Sequence record: SRR31156797_9688
DNA length: 27,383 nt
Direction: 5' to 3' (one strand)
Part shown: piece by piece, positions 1 through 8,692 of the stretch
Position numbering within the stretch: the stretch's first letter is position 1
How the letters are laid out: each line of letters opens with the position of its first letter
The notes under the pieces: generated by a model
Databases searched by the model: none
The model's input: the letters and a program-made list of their open reading frames with translations, nothing else
What the model was told of the DNA's origin: nothing
Translations under genes and position numbers: made by a program

Positions 1-621
1 CTGATCTCTTGCCCAACCGTTAGATTTACGATATCCAGAAATGGTAGAGTCATTTTCAATAATAATTTTTGTATCGTAAGGATTATCCCAATTCAATTTA
101 TAACCCAAATCCAATATGATTTGAGATGTCTCATCTTTAGGAAATGTGTAACGGTGAAATCCAACACGCTTGGTCGTAGTTAATTCGGCAGTAATACCAG
201 AACTTAACAAGTCTACTTTATAGTATCCAGGTGATGCTTCTTCCTTATCGTGTGAGAATTTTGAATAAGGGCGATAATCTCCCTCTGGCGTTAAGCTTTC
301 AGTAAATCGACTATTCAAAGGCATTACCAACAAATCATACATATCTCCGGCTCCTGTGCCAGAAAGGTGTGTATGACTAAAACCAGCAATTGTAGAATCT
401 GGCCAAAAATAGCCTGCGATTCTATCCCATCCGGGTAGTCCATTATCCGGACTTAACTGAACCATACCAAAAGGAGCTACAGCACCAGGATAAGTGTTCC
501 CAGGTCCATCGGTTCCCACAAAAGGGTTTACGTAATCGGTTAACTTTTTTTCGCTTTCTACCTGCTTATCACTACAGGCAACAAAGCCAATCATTGCCAA
601 ACAAACGGCTAATAATCTCAT
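1..621 (-). CDS. GH92 family alpha-1,2-mannosidase, lipoprotein (5' part; runs off the left edge)
   Basis: Not in the ORF track; translated by hand from ATG 621: MRLLAVCLAMIGFVAC-SDKQ...DYVNPFVGTDGPGNTYPGAVAPFGMVQLSPDN...GFSHTHLSGTGAGDMYD...ASPGYY...GFHRYTFP. These are typical GH92 N-terminal motifs, and FVAC is a lipobox. The frame is open to position 1. Confidence 0.93.
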   Translation of the reverse strand, partial: MRLLAVCLAMIGFVACSDKQVESEKKLTDYVNPFVGTDGPGNTYPGAVAPFGMVQLSPDNGLPGWDRIAGYFWPDSTIAGFSHTHLSGTGAGDMYDLLVMPLNSRFTESLTPEGDYRPYSKFSHDKEEASPGYYKVDLLSSGITAELTTTKRVGFHRYTFPKDETSQIILDLGYKLNWDNPYDTKIIIENDSTISGYRKSNGWARDQ

Positions 622-702
622 AATCACTAATGATTTAAATTTCCGGATTTATAGAATCCAGAAACTGTAAATTTAAATTTGGCTTTTGGTGATAATTCGC
701 AT

Positions 703-710
703 CAAATATA
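703..710 (-). promoter_or_regulatory. Bacteroidota sigma-A -7 element for the GH92 gene
   Basis: TATATTTG on the - strand matches TAnnTTTG, about 80 nt upstream of ATG 621. No clear -33 TTTG. Confidence 0.5.
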
Positions 711-844
711 GGGAAAAGAAAGGGAATAGACTCTTGATTTTTGTAAGGATTCAAAACAATTGTTCTATCATTTTATCACACAACTACCGATTATCTTTTT
801 AATGTTAGTATAGTACATAAGGAAAAGCAAATAAATTAGTAAAT

Positions 845-852
845 TAGGTTTG
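845..852 (+). promoter_or_regulatory. Bacteroidota sigma-A -7 element for the PD40/SDR genes
   Basis: TAGGTTTG matches TAnnTTTG, 22 nt upstream of ATG 875. Confidence 0.5.
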
Positions 853-874
853 CTAAGAATAAATCCTTTAACCT

Positions 875-1891
875 ATGAAAAAACTCACCTTTTACATCTT
901 TGTATGTCTACTAATTTCGGCATGTGTAAACAATCAAAATACCAAAACTGAAAAATCCGGTAATTATATTGGAAAAACACCTTCAGATACCCTTGCTAAG
1001 ATATTCGCTCCAAATTTTATATCAACACACCTACATGAGCGGGATTTTGCCGTTACTCCCGATGGAAAAGAGTACTATTACACCGTTTGGGGTCGAGATT
1101 ATTATGCCATTGCAGTTACCAAACAAGTGAATGGAGAATGGACAGAACCAGCAATTGCTCCTTTTTCAGGCAATAAAAAAAACAGAGATTTAGAACCATT
1201 TATAAGCAAAGATGGAGCACATTTCTATTTCATGTCGACTCGTCCTCCAAAAGGAAAAGAAGAAAAAAATGGCTGGTTTTACCAAAACATTTGGGTAATG
1301 GACCGAATAGAAAATGGATGGTCGGAACCTTACGAATTGGGTGAACCTATTAATTCTGATGCAGGCGAATATTTCCCAAGTCTTACAAATGATGGTACCA
1401 TTTATTTCACAAGAGAAGATGGCGAAGGTCAACAATCTATTTATCGATCAAAAAAGATAGATGGCAAATACCAAGAAGCTGAACGATTACCAAAGGAAGT
1501 TAATGCCTCAAAAATGCAATACAATTCGATGATTGCGCCGGATGAAAGTTATATTATTGTTTGTACAAAACTGGAAGGAAATACCATTGGACGAACTGAT
1601 TATTGCATTAGTTTTAATTTGGGCGAAAATGAATGGACTCCTCTGATTAATATGGGAAGTAAGGTGAACTTTCCCAATTGTCATGCACTCTCTCCTTCCT
1701 TATCAGCGGATGGAAAATATTTTATTTTTTCTAGTAATAAACAAAGCGATACAGAAGCAGATAGAACAAAATTAGACCTGAATCTGTTAAAAGAACAAGC
1801 CTTATCTCCACAAAATGGAAATTTAGATTTGTATTGGATCAAAAGTGATTTTATAGAAGATATTCGTAAGAATTATTTCGCAAATCATTAA
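875..1891 (+). CDS. PD40 (WD40-like/TolB-like) beta-propeller lipoprotein
   Basis: Lipobox LISAC. Repeated PD40 units: TPDGKEYYY, EPFISKDGAHFYFMSTR, FPSLTNDGTIYF, IAPDESYII, SPSLSADGKYFIFSS. Ends in DLYWI. Confidence 0.85.
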   Translation: MKKLTFYIFVCLLISACVNNQNTKTEKSGNYIGKTPSDTLAKIFAPNFISTHLHERDFAVTPDGKEYYYTVWGRDYYAIAVTKQVNGEWTEPAIAPFSGNKKNRDLEPFISKDGAHFYFMSTRPPKGKEEKNGWFYQNIWVMDRIENGWSEPYELGEPINSDAGEYFPSLTNDGTIYFTREDGEGQQSIYRSKKIDGKYQEAERLPKEVNASKMQYNSMIAPDESYIIVCTKLEGNTIGRTDYCISFNLGENEWTPLINMGSKVNFPNCHALSPSLSADGKYFIFSSNKQSDTEADRTKLDLNLLKEQALSPQNGNLDLYWIKSDFIEDIRKNYFANH

Positions 1892-1911
1892 TCTTTTAAT
1901 TGTATAGACGC

Positions 1912-3354
1912 ATGAAAATATTATTGACAGGTGCTAATGGATATATTGGAAAACGATTGTTACCGGTTCTATTGGAACAAGGTCATAAAGTAGTTTGCTG
2001 TGTGCGAAACAAAGAAAGATTTGCTCCTAAAGAACTGAATCATCCAAAGCTTGAAGTAATTGAAGCCGATCTGCTAAAAAGAAATTCATTGGATAAAATT
2101 CCGACAGATATCGAAATCAGTTACTATCTGATTCACTCCATGTTACATGACACTGAAGATTTTGATGAGTTGGAAAAAAAGTGCGCACTAAATTTTGTGG
2201 ATTTCCTGAAAAAGACCGAAAATAGACAAATCATCTATTTGAGTGGAATTGCAAATGAGGAAAAATTATCGAAACATCTAAAATCGAGAAAAGAAGTTGA
2301 GGAGATTCTAAAACAAAGCAGAAGCTATTACACAATTCTAAGAGCTGGTATTATTGTTGGTTCAGGAAGTGCTTCTTTCGAAATTATTCGCGATTTGGTG
2401 GAGAAACTCCCATTCATGATAACGCCCAAGTGGTTACTTACCAACTGTCAACCCATTGCTGTAAGAAATGTAATTGATTTTCTACACAAAGTGATTTACC
2501 ACAAGGCTTGTCTTAATCAGACATTCGATATTGGAGGACCAGAAATCCTCACTTACAAACAAATGCTCTTGCAATTTGCAGAGGTTCGAAAACTATCCAG
2601 AAAGGTGATAAGTCTGCCGGTAATGACACCACGACTTTCTTCTTACTGGTTGTTTTTTATCACATCCACATCCTACAATTTGGCGGTTAATTTAGTGAAT
2701 AGCATGAAAGTAGAAGTTATCTGTCGTCCTAATAATGTTGCAGAACTTTTAGACATCCGATTACTATCCTACAAGGAAGCAATTGAGCGTGCCATGGGAA
2801 AAATCAAACAACAAATGATCATTTCATCCTGGAAAGATGCCCTGAGTAGTGGCAGACTACCCAATAAAAAAATGAAATACATTGAACCTCCCTCTTATGG
2901 TTGTTATTTCGATGAGAAAATTCTTGAAATTGGAAATAATAAACCAAAAGTTCAAAACAACATTTGGGCACTTGGAGGAGACAGAGGTTGGTATTATGGC
3001 AATTGGTTGTGGCGCTTACGAGGAACACTCGATAAAATGTTTGGAGGTGTAGGGCTCAATCGTGGTAGACGACATCCTTCGGAAATTGAAATTGGCGATT
3101 CCCTTGATTTTTGGCGTGTTTTATTAGCCAACAAAGAAAATGGACGACTCTTGCTCTTTGCTGAAATGAGATTGCCTGGTGAGGCATGGCTTGAATTCTC
3201 ATTTAAAGAAAACAATGGAAACTATGCACTACAACAAAAAGCCATTTTTAGACCCAAAGGAATTATGGGAAGATTGTACTGGTTTTTGAGCTATCCTTTT
3301 CATGTGTTTATATTTAGGGGGATGATTAAGGGAATTATAGAATACGATAAATAG
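1912..3354 (+). CDS. SDR-like NAD(P)-binding oxidoreductase with C-terminal DUF2867 (YbjT-like)
   Basis: Rossmann motif ILLTGANGYIG directly after ATG 1912. Also YYLIHSM, LSKHLKSRKEVE, GSGSASFEIIR, and C-terminal GGDRGWYY...DFWRV...AEMRLPGEAWLEF...FRPKGIMGRLYW. Confidence 0.9.
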   Translation: MKILLTGANGYIGKRLLPVLLEQGHKVVCCVRNKERFAPKELNHPKLEVIEADLLKRNSLDKIPTDIEISYYLIHSMLHDTEDFDELEKKCALNFVDFLKKTENRQIIYLSGIANEEKLSKHLKSRKEVEEILKQSRSYYTILRAGIIVGSGSASFEIIRDLVEKLPFMITPKWLLTNCQPIAVRNVIDFLHKVIYHKACLNQTFDIGGPEILTYKQMLLQFAEVRKLSRKVISLPVMTPRLSSYWLFFITSTSYNLAVNLVNSMKVEVICRPNNVAELLDIRLLSYKEAIERAMGKIKQQMIISSWKDALSSGRLPNKKMKYIEPPSYGCYFDEKILEIGNNKPKVQNNIWALGGDRGWYYGNWLWRLRGTLDKMFGGVGLNRGRRHPSEIEIGDSLDFWRVLLANKENGRLLLFAEMRLPGEAWLEFSFKENNGNYALQQKAIFRPKGIMGRLYWFLSYPFHVFIFRGMIKGIIEYDK

Positions 3355-3442
3355 TTTATCACATAAGGATATTAATAAGAAACAAAGGATTTGTTTATGT
3401 ATATTGTGATTCCTTAAACTTTAAACAGATAAAATCACTGAT

Positions 3443-3868
3443 ATGAAAAAACGAGTTACAGGAATAGGCGGCATCTTTTTCAAATCAAAAGATCCAAAAG
3501 CAAGCAGAGAATGGTACAACAAACATTTGGGCATTCAGTGTCCTGATGAATATGGTGGAATGTTTGAATGGCGCAAAACCAGTAAGCCAGAAGAGACAGC
3601 TTTTACCATTTGGAGCCCATTCGAAGAAAAAACAGAGTATTTTCAGCCTTCGCAAAAAGATTTCATGTTTAACTACAGAGTAGAAAACTTGGTTGAATTA
3701 CTGAAATTGCTGAAAGAAGAGGGAGTTGAAATAGTTGGAGAAATGCAGGAGTTCGAATATGGAAAATTCGCATGGATTCTTGATCCAGAAGGAAATAAAG
3801 TAGAACTTTGGGAGCCAATTGAAGGTCCGTTTAGTGAGATGTATAAAGGCAAATCAACTTCTGAATAA
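3443..3868 (+). CDS. VOC family (glyoxalase/bleomycin resistance) protein
   Basis: RVTGIGGIFFK...WY..HLG; FMFNYRVENL; YGKFAWILDPEGNKVELWEP. Confidence 0.92.
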   Translation: MKKRVTGIGGIFFKSKDPKASREWYNKHLGIQCPDEYGGMFEWRKTSKPEETAFTIWSPFEEKTEYFQPSQKDFMFNYRVENLVELLKLLKEEGVEIVGEMQEFEYGKFAWILDPEGNKVELWEPIEGPFSEMYKGKSTSE

Positions 3869-3877
3869 AGCATAAGA

Positions 3878-4327
3878 ATGAGCTTACCAATAGTAAATTT
3901 TTTAGATGCGCTTAGCATCCCCGAAGAAAACCTGAAGTACTCAATTGTTTGTTCCAAATATCAGAACAATTGGGTATTTGTTCGTCACCGCTTGCGCAAT
4001 ACCTGGGAAATGCCAGCGGGTCATATCGAACCTAATGAGAGTGCCTTACAAGCAGCCCGACGAGAATTGTACGAGGAAACAGGTGCTACAGATTTCGGGT
4101 TGAGATTAATTGCCGATTACTCTTGTGACTGGAAAGGTGAAATTAAGTACGGTAGAATTTTCTTTGCCAACATTCATCAGCTAGGCGAATTGCCAGTATC
4201 TGAAATTGCAGAGGTTCGATTCTTTAAGGAACTGCCGGAACAATTGACCTATCCTGATATTCAGAATTTGGTGTTTGAGAGGGTTAATGAATGTTTAAAT
4301 CAGAGTGATATAGTAACTACGCTATAA
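3878..4327 (+). CDS. NUDIX hydrolase (MutT-like)
   Basis: Intact Nudix box G-HIEPN-E-SALQAAR-RELYEETG. Starts 9 bp after the VOC gene. Confidence 0.92.
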   Translation: MSLPIVNFLDALSIPEENLKYSIVCSKYQNNWVFVRHRLRNTWEMPAGHIEPNESALQAARRELYEETGATDFGLRLIADYSCDWKGEIKYGRIFFANIHQLGELPVSEIAEVRFFKELPEQLTYPDIQNLVFERVNECLNQSDIVTTL

Positions 4328-4339
4328 TTCCTCGCAAAG

Positions 4340-4380
4340 AGCGCTAAGATTTCTTTAAATTCTTTGCGCTTTCTTTTTTT
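4340..4380 (+). terminator. Probable intrinsic terminator after the NUDIX gene
   Basis: AGCGCTAAGA (4340-4349) pairs with TCTTTGCGCT (4361-4370) with one mismatch, followed by TTCTTTTTTT. Confidence 0.55.
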
Positions 4381-4419
4381 AATCATTGCCATCTTTGCAT
4401 GAAATTAAGATCAACCTTT

Positions 4420-4725
4420 ATGTCCCAAATCCATTTTCATTCCGATTTTTACGAAGCCATTAAAAATGGCAACAAAACGCAAACTGCCAGAGTAGATGAG
4501 CCTGTTCCTGAATTGGGAAAGGGCGAAGCTATTTTTGATGACAAAACTCCAATTCCTATTGAAATCACGAAAGTAGCACACAAAAAAATTGAGAGTTTAA
4601 CATTGGAAGAAGTTAAACGAGATGGTTTCGATTCTAAAGAAGAATTGTGGTCCGTTTTGTTAGGCTTTTATCCTCATCTAAACAAAACAGACCAGTTGAT
4701 GCTTGTTGAATTCAAAGCGATTTAG
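4420..4725 (+). CDS. ASCH domain protein
   Basis: IHF....EAIKNGNKTQTAR fits the ASCH GxKxxTxR motif, and RDGFDS..EL...L..FYP follows. ATG 4420 is preferred; ATG 4399 is an alternative. Confidence 0.85.
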   Translation: MSQIHFHSDFYEAIKNGNKTQTARVDEPVPELGKGEAIFDDKTPIPIEITKVAHKKIESLTLEEVKRDGFDSKEELWSVLLGFYPHLNKTDQLMLVEFKAI

Positions 4726-4729
4726 ATCC

Positions 4730-5848
4730 CTATTTTTCAAATAAAATACAAACAGGTTTAGGAGCTTTTATTTCATCAACGAAAGTTAGCAAGCCTGTTT
4801 TTTCATCGCGAGAAAAACAAACCAAATTATTGGTATTTTGATTGGCAACAAGCAGATATTTACCATCAGGTGAAAGAGAAAAGTTTCGAGGATGATCGCC
4901 ACGAGTTAATTCATACCCAACTAAACTTAAATTTCCATTATCTGATACTTCATAAATAACGATGCTGTTGTGTCCTCTATTCGATCCGTATAAGAATTTA
5001 CCATCAACGGAAATGTGGATATCTGCAGTATAACTTGTTCCTTCAAATCCTACTGGCAGTGTAGATGTATTGGATACCAACTCGTATCCATTATTAGATA
5101 TTTGAACTTGACTAATGGTATTGTCCAGCTCACTAATCACATACAGATATTTTCCATTGGGATGAAACGCCAAATGTCGCGGACCAGCTCCATCGGTAAG
5201 CTGAATACGACTACCCTCAGAAGTAATAAATTTATCTTTTTTAATTTTAGATATCCACAATTCATTGGTTCCCAAATCAACTGCAATTATCATATCAGAA
5301 TTCGGTTGAAAGCGCACGCTATGTGCATGTGGATTATCTTGTCTACCCTTAATAGTTCCTGAGCCTTCGTGCTGATTTACATCCAAAAGTTCTGTTAATT
5401 TACCACTCTTATCAACTTTTAACAATCCTGTATTTCCTCCAGTGTAGTTCGCCGTTAGAACCAAGCCGTCATCATTTGCAGTCACAAAGCATGGATGAGC
5501 TCCACCACTCGACTCACGACTAATCAATTTCAGGCTATCGCCTATTTGATAGGATTCAACACTCCCACTTCCATTAAAGCTGTTTATCTCGTTCACGGCA
5601 ACCAAGGTCTTTCCTTTATTGGCAAAGGTCAAAAAAGACGGATTCTCAGTCTCAGCTTGCAAACTCAAATTCTTAAACTTTCCCGTCTCATCCATTTCCA
5701 ATTTATAAATCCCTTTTGAATCGGTATCGGTATAAGTCCCAATAAAAATTGAGTAGGAAGAATTCGGTATATGATTTTTCTGCTTTTGATTTTGACAGGA
5801 AAGTGCTACACTTAATATCAGCACGATCAATAGAGTGTGTTTTATCAT
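4730..5848 (-). CDS. pgl: Lactonase, 7-bladed beta-propeller (6-phosphogluconolactonase/cycloisomerase 2 family), lipoprotein
   Basis: FIGTYT, NPSFL, ANYTGG, RQDNPHAH, DLGTN, GAGPRHLAFHPNG, DGKFLYGSNRGHNSI, PRNFSLSPDG, ANQNTN. Lipobox ALSC. Confidence 0.9.
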   Translation of the reverse strand: MIKHTLLIVLILSVALSCQNQKQKNHIPNSSYSIFIGTYTDTDSKGIYKLEMDETGKFKNLSLQAETENPSFLTFANKGKTLVAVNEINSFNGSGSVESYQIGDSLKLISRESSGGAHPCFVTANDDGLVLTANYTGGNTGLLKVDKSGKLTELLDVNQHEGSGTIKGRQDNPHAHSVRFQPNSDMIIAVDLGTNELWISKIKKDKFITSEGSRIQLTDGAGPRHLAFHPNGKYLYVISELDNTISQVQISNNGYELVSNTSTLPVGFEGTSYTADIHISVDGKFLYGSNRGHNSIVIYEVSDNGNLSLVGYELTRGDHPRNFSLSPDGKYLLVANQNTNNLVCFSRDEKTGLLTFVDEIKAPKPVCILFEK

Positions 5849-5968
5849 GATCTTTATTTTAATTGCTAAAGATAAACACTAATGTCCTAAAAAAATCAAG
5901 CTTGCTTTTAAATCAACTATCTTATTTGCTTTAAGTTTAAATGTGACCGGGATTTTCGAGCTAAGTTC

Positions 5969-8584
5969 TTAATCTATCAAAATAATCTTGCGCTTCTCCG
6001 TTTTATCGAGGTATTTTATGAGTAAAAAGTAAACACCAGCCGACAGACCACTCAAATCCAAATCAGCACTATTACTTGAATTCAAATATTCCAATACTTT
6101 TCTTCCTGTAGAATCGAAGGTACTGATATGAAATTCAATTACTTCATCGTGATCAATCAAGACTGTAAAATTTCCATTACTTGGATTTGGAAAAACCTTC
6201 ACCTCCCCATCTATTTCCTCTTCGGGATCTGGCGTAGGATCAGGATCGGGGTCCGTATCTGGATTTGGATCGCCTGCAATGGTATCACGAATCACAAGGG
6301 TATGATTTCCTTCGGCCAAATCAACAGTGATCTCAAAAATTCCATCTTTATTGGAATCCCCTGTCCTTTCCAAAACCTCATCCACAAATACTCCAAACGA
6401 AGTATTACTTTTCATATCCAGGGCAAATATTTTTACCGTGCGATTTCCGTCAATTGGATTCACAGAATAGCTAACAGCCGCAGTATCTCCTTGTTCCTGG
6501 AATAGATACAAATGATTTTCCCAATCGATACCAATGGTGCTTTCATTCTTTAACAATTCACCACCAGCATTGGCTGGATTTTGATTGTCTCCAATCTTTA
6601 ATGTATGCAGAAACACCAAATCTTCCGTAACCTGGGTTGGTTCAACTTCAATTCTCCACGAACCAGGATCCTCCTCATCGTCACCAATATTGCCACTGTG
6701 AGGGTAATTCGTTCCATCAACCCAAAACTCGTAACCATCTCCACCAATTAAGGTTGTGGTAGTAGATTCAGGTAATAAGGTTCGTACGCCAATGCTTCCA
6801 TTGCCATTGCTTGCTTCGTAATCCTTACCATCGTAAGTGATAATTTTATTGGCAACTGCAGTACTCACCACCTTACCATTAATATCAGGTCGGTTCACGA
6901 AATGATTGATGTATTTTGCTTTGCGCTCCCTTGATTCTATATTTAAAAGGTGCAAGTGATCTAAAACCAAAACTCTATCTGGTTTGTGATAAAGCAATCG
7001 GCGCTCAAAGCGATCCAATTTATTGGAAGCGTAAGAATCTGCCGCATCCGATACATGATAGGCATAATCATCGCCCTCAGCGTAACGAATCCATTTGCCT
7101 CGCTGGTGATCATCTTCAAAAACCTCATCTAAATTTTCCAATCGATCGGATTCTATCTGTCCCCCATCGTTCGAAACAGATCTTCCAAATGCCCGATACG
7201 ATTCACTACCATCGAAAACACAAATGGAGTTGTGCGCAATGGTTCTTGAGTAGTAATTGTTGTAATGAGTAGTTGCATACGAATCGTAATATCCCGCATC
7301 TATAATCTGTGGTTTATCCTTTATTATCGAAAAAGTATTGTTGTCGCGATGCTCATGATCCGCCCTTTTCGATGGTGCGCAATAATACCACAGCATTGTA
7401 GCATCATTATCCCAGGAAGTTCTGCTAACTGCCAATCCAGTTTTATCTGCCCACCAATTTAGTGGTGGTTGCGGATGCTGCACATTATTCGCCTCAAAAT
7501 CTTTATAAATCAATTTTTGAAACACTAATGCTGTATTGTGTAGATTTCCAGTTGCTCCATATTCCTGAACCAAATACTGACTTCGTGGATCATCAAATTC
7601 GGCAGCATGGCGATACATCACTCTATTTGCCTGATCTAATCGAATAATGGCATCACCCAAATGAATTGTATAATTATCGGGGCGATAAAAATACCAATAT
7701 TGATTGATTGACTCTTTAATCCATGGCTGATCCTCGTAATAATTCTTATCTGTACCATAAAGCATATCATCAAAAAGCTGATACTGCCTCGGCAATCCAA
7801 ACATGGCATAAGCCGCACCCCAATTCCATCCTCCATCATCATCACGAAAGTGAGCGAAAGCAGGTAAAATTCCATTTTCCCATTTACCAACCAAGGTTCG
7901 ATACCAGGAATTTACTGTAGACATTTGAGATGAAGACAATCCATCCGCTCCATGCAAAGCCAATGCTGCATGAAGAGTTATACTGCAGTTGTAGATGTTA
8001 TGGCTGGTAACATAGCTATTCCCCGATGGAGTGAGTACATAATTCTCCATGAAATATTCAAGTACAGGATACAAGGCTTGCGATAATTCCTGCCGGAGAA
8101 CTTGAGGAATGTCATCGTAAGTCCAATCCAAAAGAATGCCTCCGTAATCACAATTCCTTCTCAATAAATTCTCTTTGGTATCACCTGAATAATTATCAAA
8201 ATCCAAAGAGTTTAAGTATTCGATGTATCTGGATACAATAAATTCACATCGTTGCAAAGCCAAACCATCGGTTTGCATTCTTAAAAGAAAAGCTGTCATT
8301 TTGGACATCAGAAAAGCATCGTTCGAAGAAAATTCAAAATTCCATTGTGATTGATCGGAACCCACCAAATAGGTACTGGAATTGGTAACCCAATTTCTAT
8401 CGTATGCACTTTTAAATCGGTTATAGGTCTCCTGGCATTCACCCGATGATATGTTGGCTTTTAACCAATCGAATCGATCCTGATTTAATTCCAAACGAGG
8501 ACGCTCGCCATTCACCACAGGCACATCCTGCGAATAACATCCGAAAAGCAAAAAGAAAAATAGAAATACCAATATACTTCTCAT
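5969..8584 (-). CDS. Heparinase II/III-like polysaccharide lyase with T9SS type A C-terminal sorting domain
   Basis: Helical N-terminal half, then GLAVSRTSW, DHEHRDNNTFSI, DAGYY, YYSRTIAHNSI and NDGGQ (Hepar_II_III domain). A Pro/Asp linker leads to a CTD: VFPNPSNG...DLSGLSAGVYFLLI...KIILID. Confidence 0.85.
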   Translation of the reverse strand: MRSILVFLFFFLLFGCYSQDVPVVNGERPRLELNQDRFDWLKANISSGECQETYNRFKSAYDRNWVTNSSTYLVGSDQSQWNFEFSSNDAFLMSKMTAFLLRMQTDGLALQRCEFIVSRYIEYLNSLDFDNYSGDTKENLLRRNCDYGGILLDWTYDDIPQVLRQELSQALYPVLEYFMENYVLTPSGNSYVTSHNIYNCSITLHAALALHGADGLSSSQMSTVNSWYRTLVGKWENGILPAFAHFRDDDGGWNWGAAYAMFGLPRQYQLFDDMLYGTDKNYYEDQPWIKESINQYWYFYRPDNYTIHLGDAIIRLDQANRVMYRHAAEFDDPRSQYLVQEYGATGNLHNTALVFQKLIYKDFEANNVQHPQPPLNWWADKTGLAVSRTSWDNDATMLWYYCAPSKRADHEHRDNNTFSIIKDKPQIIDAGYYDSYATTHYNNYYSRTIAHNSICVFDGSESYRAFGRSVSNDGGQIESDRLENLDEVFEDDHQRGKWIRYAEGDDYAYHVSDAADSYASNKLDRFERRLLYHKPDRVLVLDHLHLLNIESRERKAKYINHFVNRPDINGKVVSTAVANKIITYDGKDYEASNGNGSIGVRTLLPESTTTTLIGGDGYEFWVDGTNYPHSGNIGDDEEDPGSWRIEVEPTQVTEDLVFLHTLKIGDNQNPANAGGELLKNESTIGIDWENHLYLFQEQGDTAAVSYSVNPIDGNRTVKIFALDMKSNTSFGVFVDEVLERTGDSNKDGIFEITVDLAEGNHTLVIRDTIAGDPNPDTDPDPDPTPDPEEEIDGEVKVFPNPSNGNFTVLIDHDEVIEFHISTFDSTGRKVLEYLNSSNSADLDLSGLSAGVYFLLIKYLDKTEKRKIILID
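6213..6272 (-). repeat. Pro-Asp low-complexity coding repeat (linker DPNPDTDPDPDPTPDPEEE)
   Basis: Degenerate GATCCN hexamer run in frame between the catalytic region and the T9SS CTD. Confidence 0.8.
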
Positions 8585-8692
8585 TGAATCTGATCTTTTG
8601 TAAACTTTTATAAATTACAAAATTTCAGGGGATTGAGAATGATAAATAGGTAAAGGATTCTTTATTTAGAATAACAAATTGGATAAGATTGA

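Noticed and set aside
6213-6272. GGATC-rich repeats as CRISPR or a contingency locus
   Set aside because: They are degenerate in-frame codons for a Pro-Asp linker, with no spacers and no perfect tandem unit.
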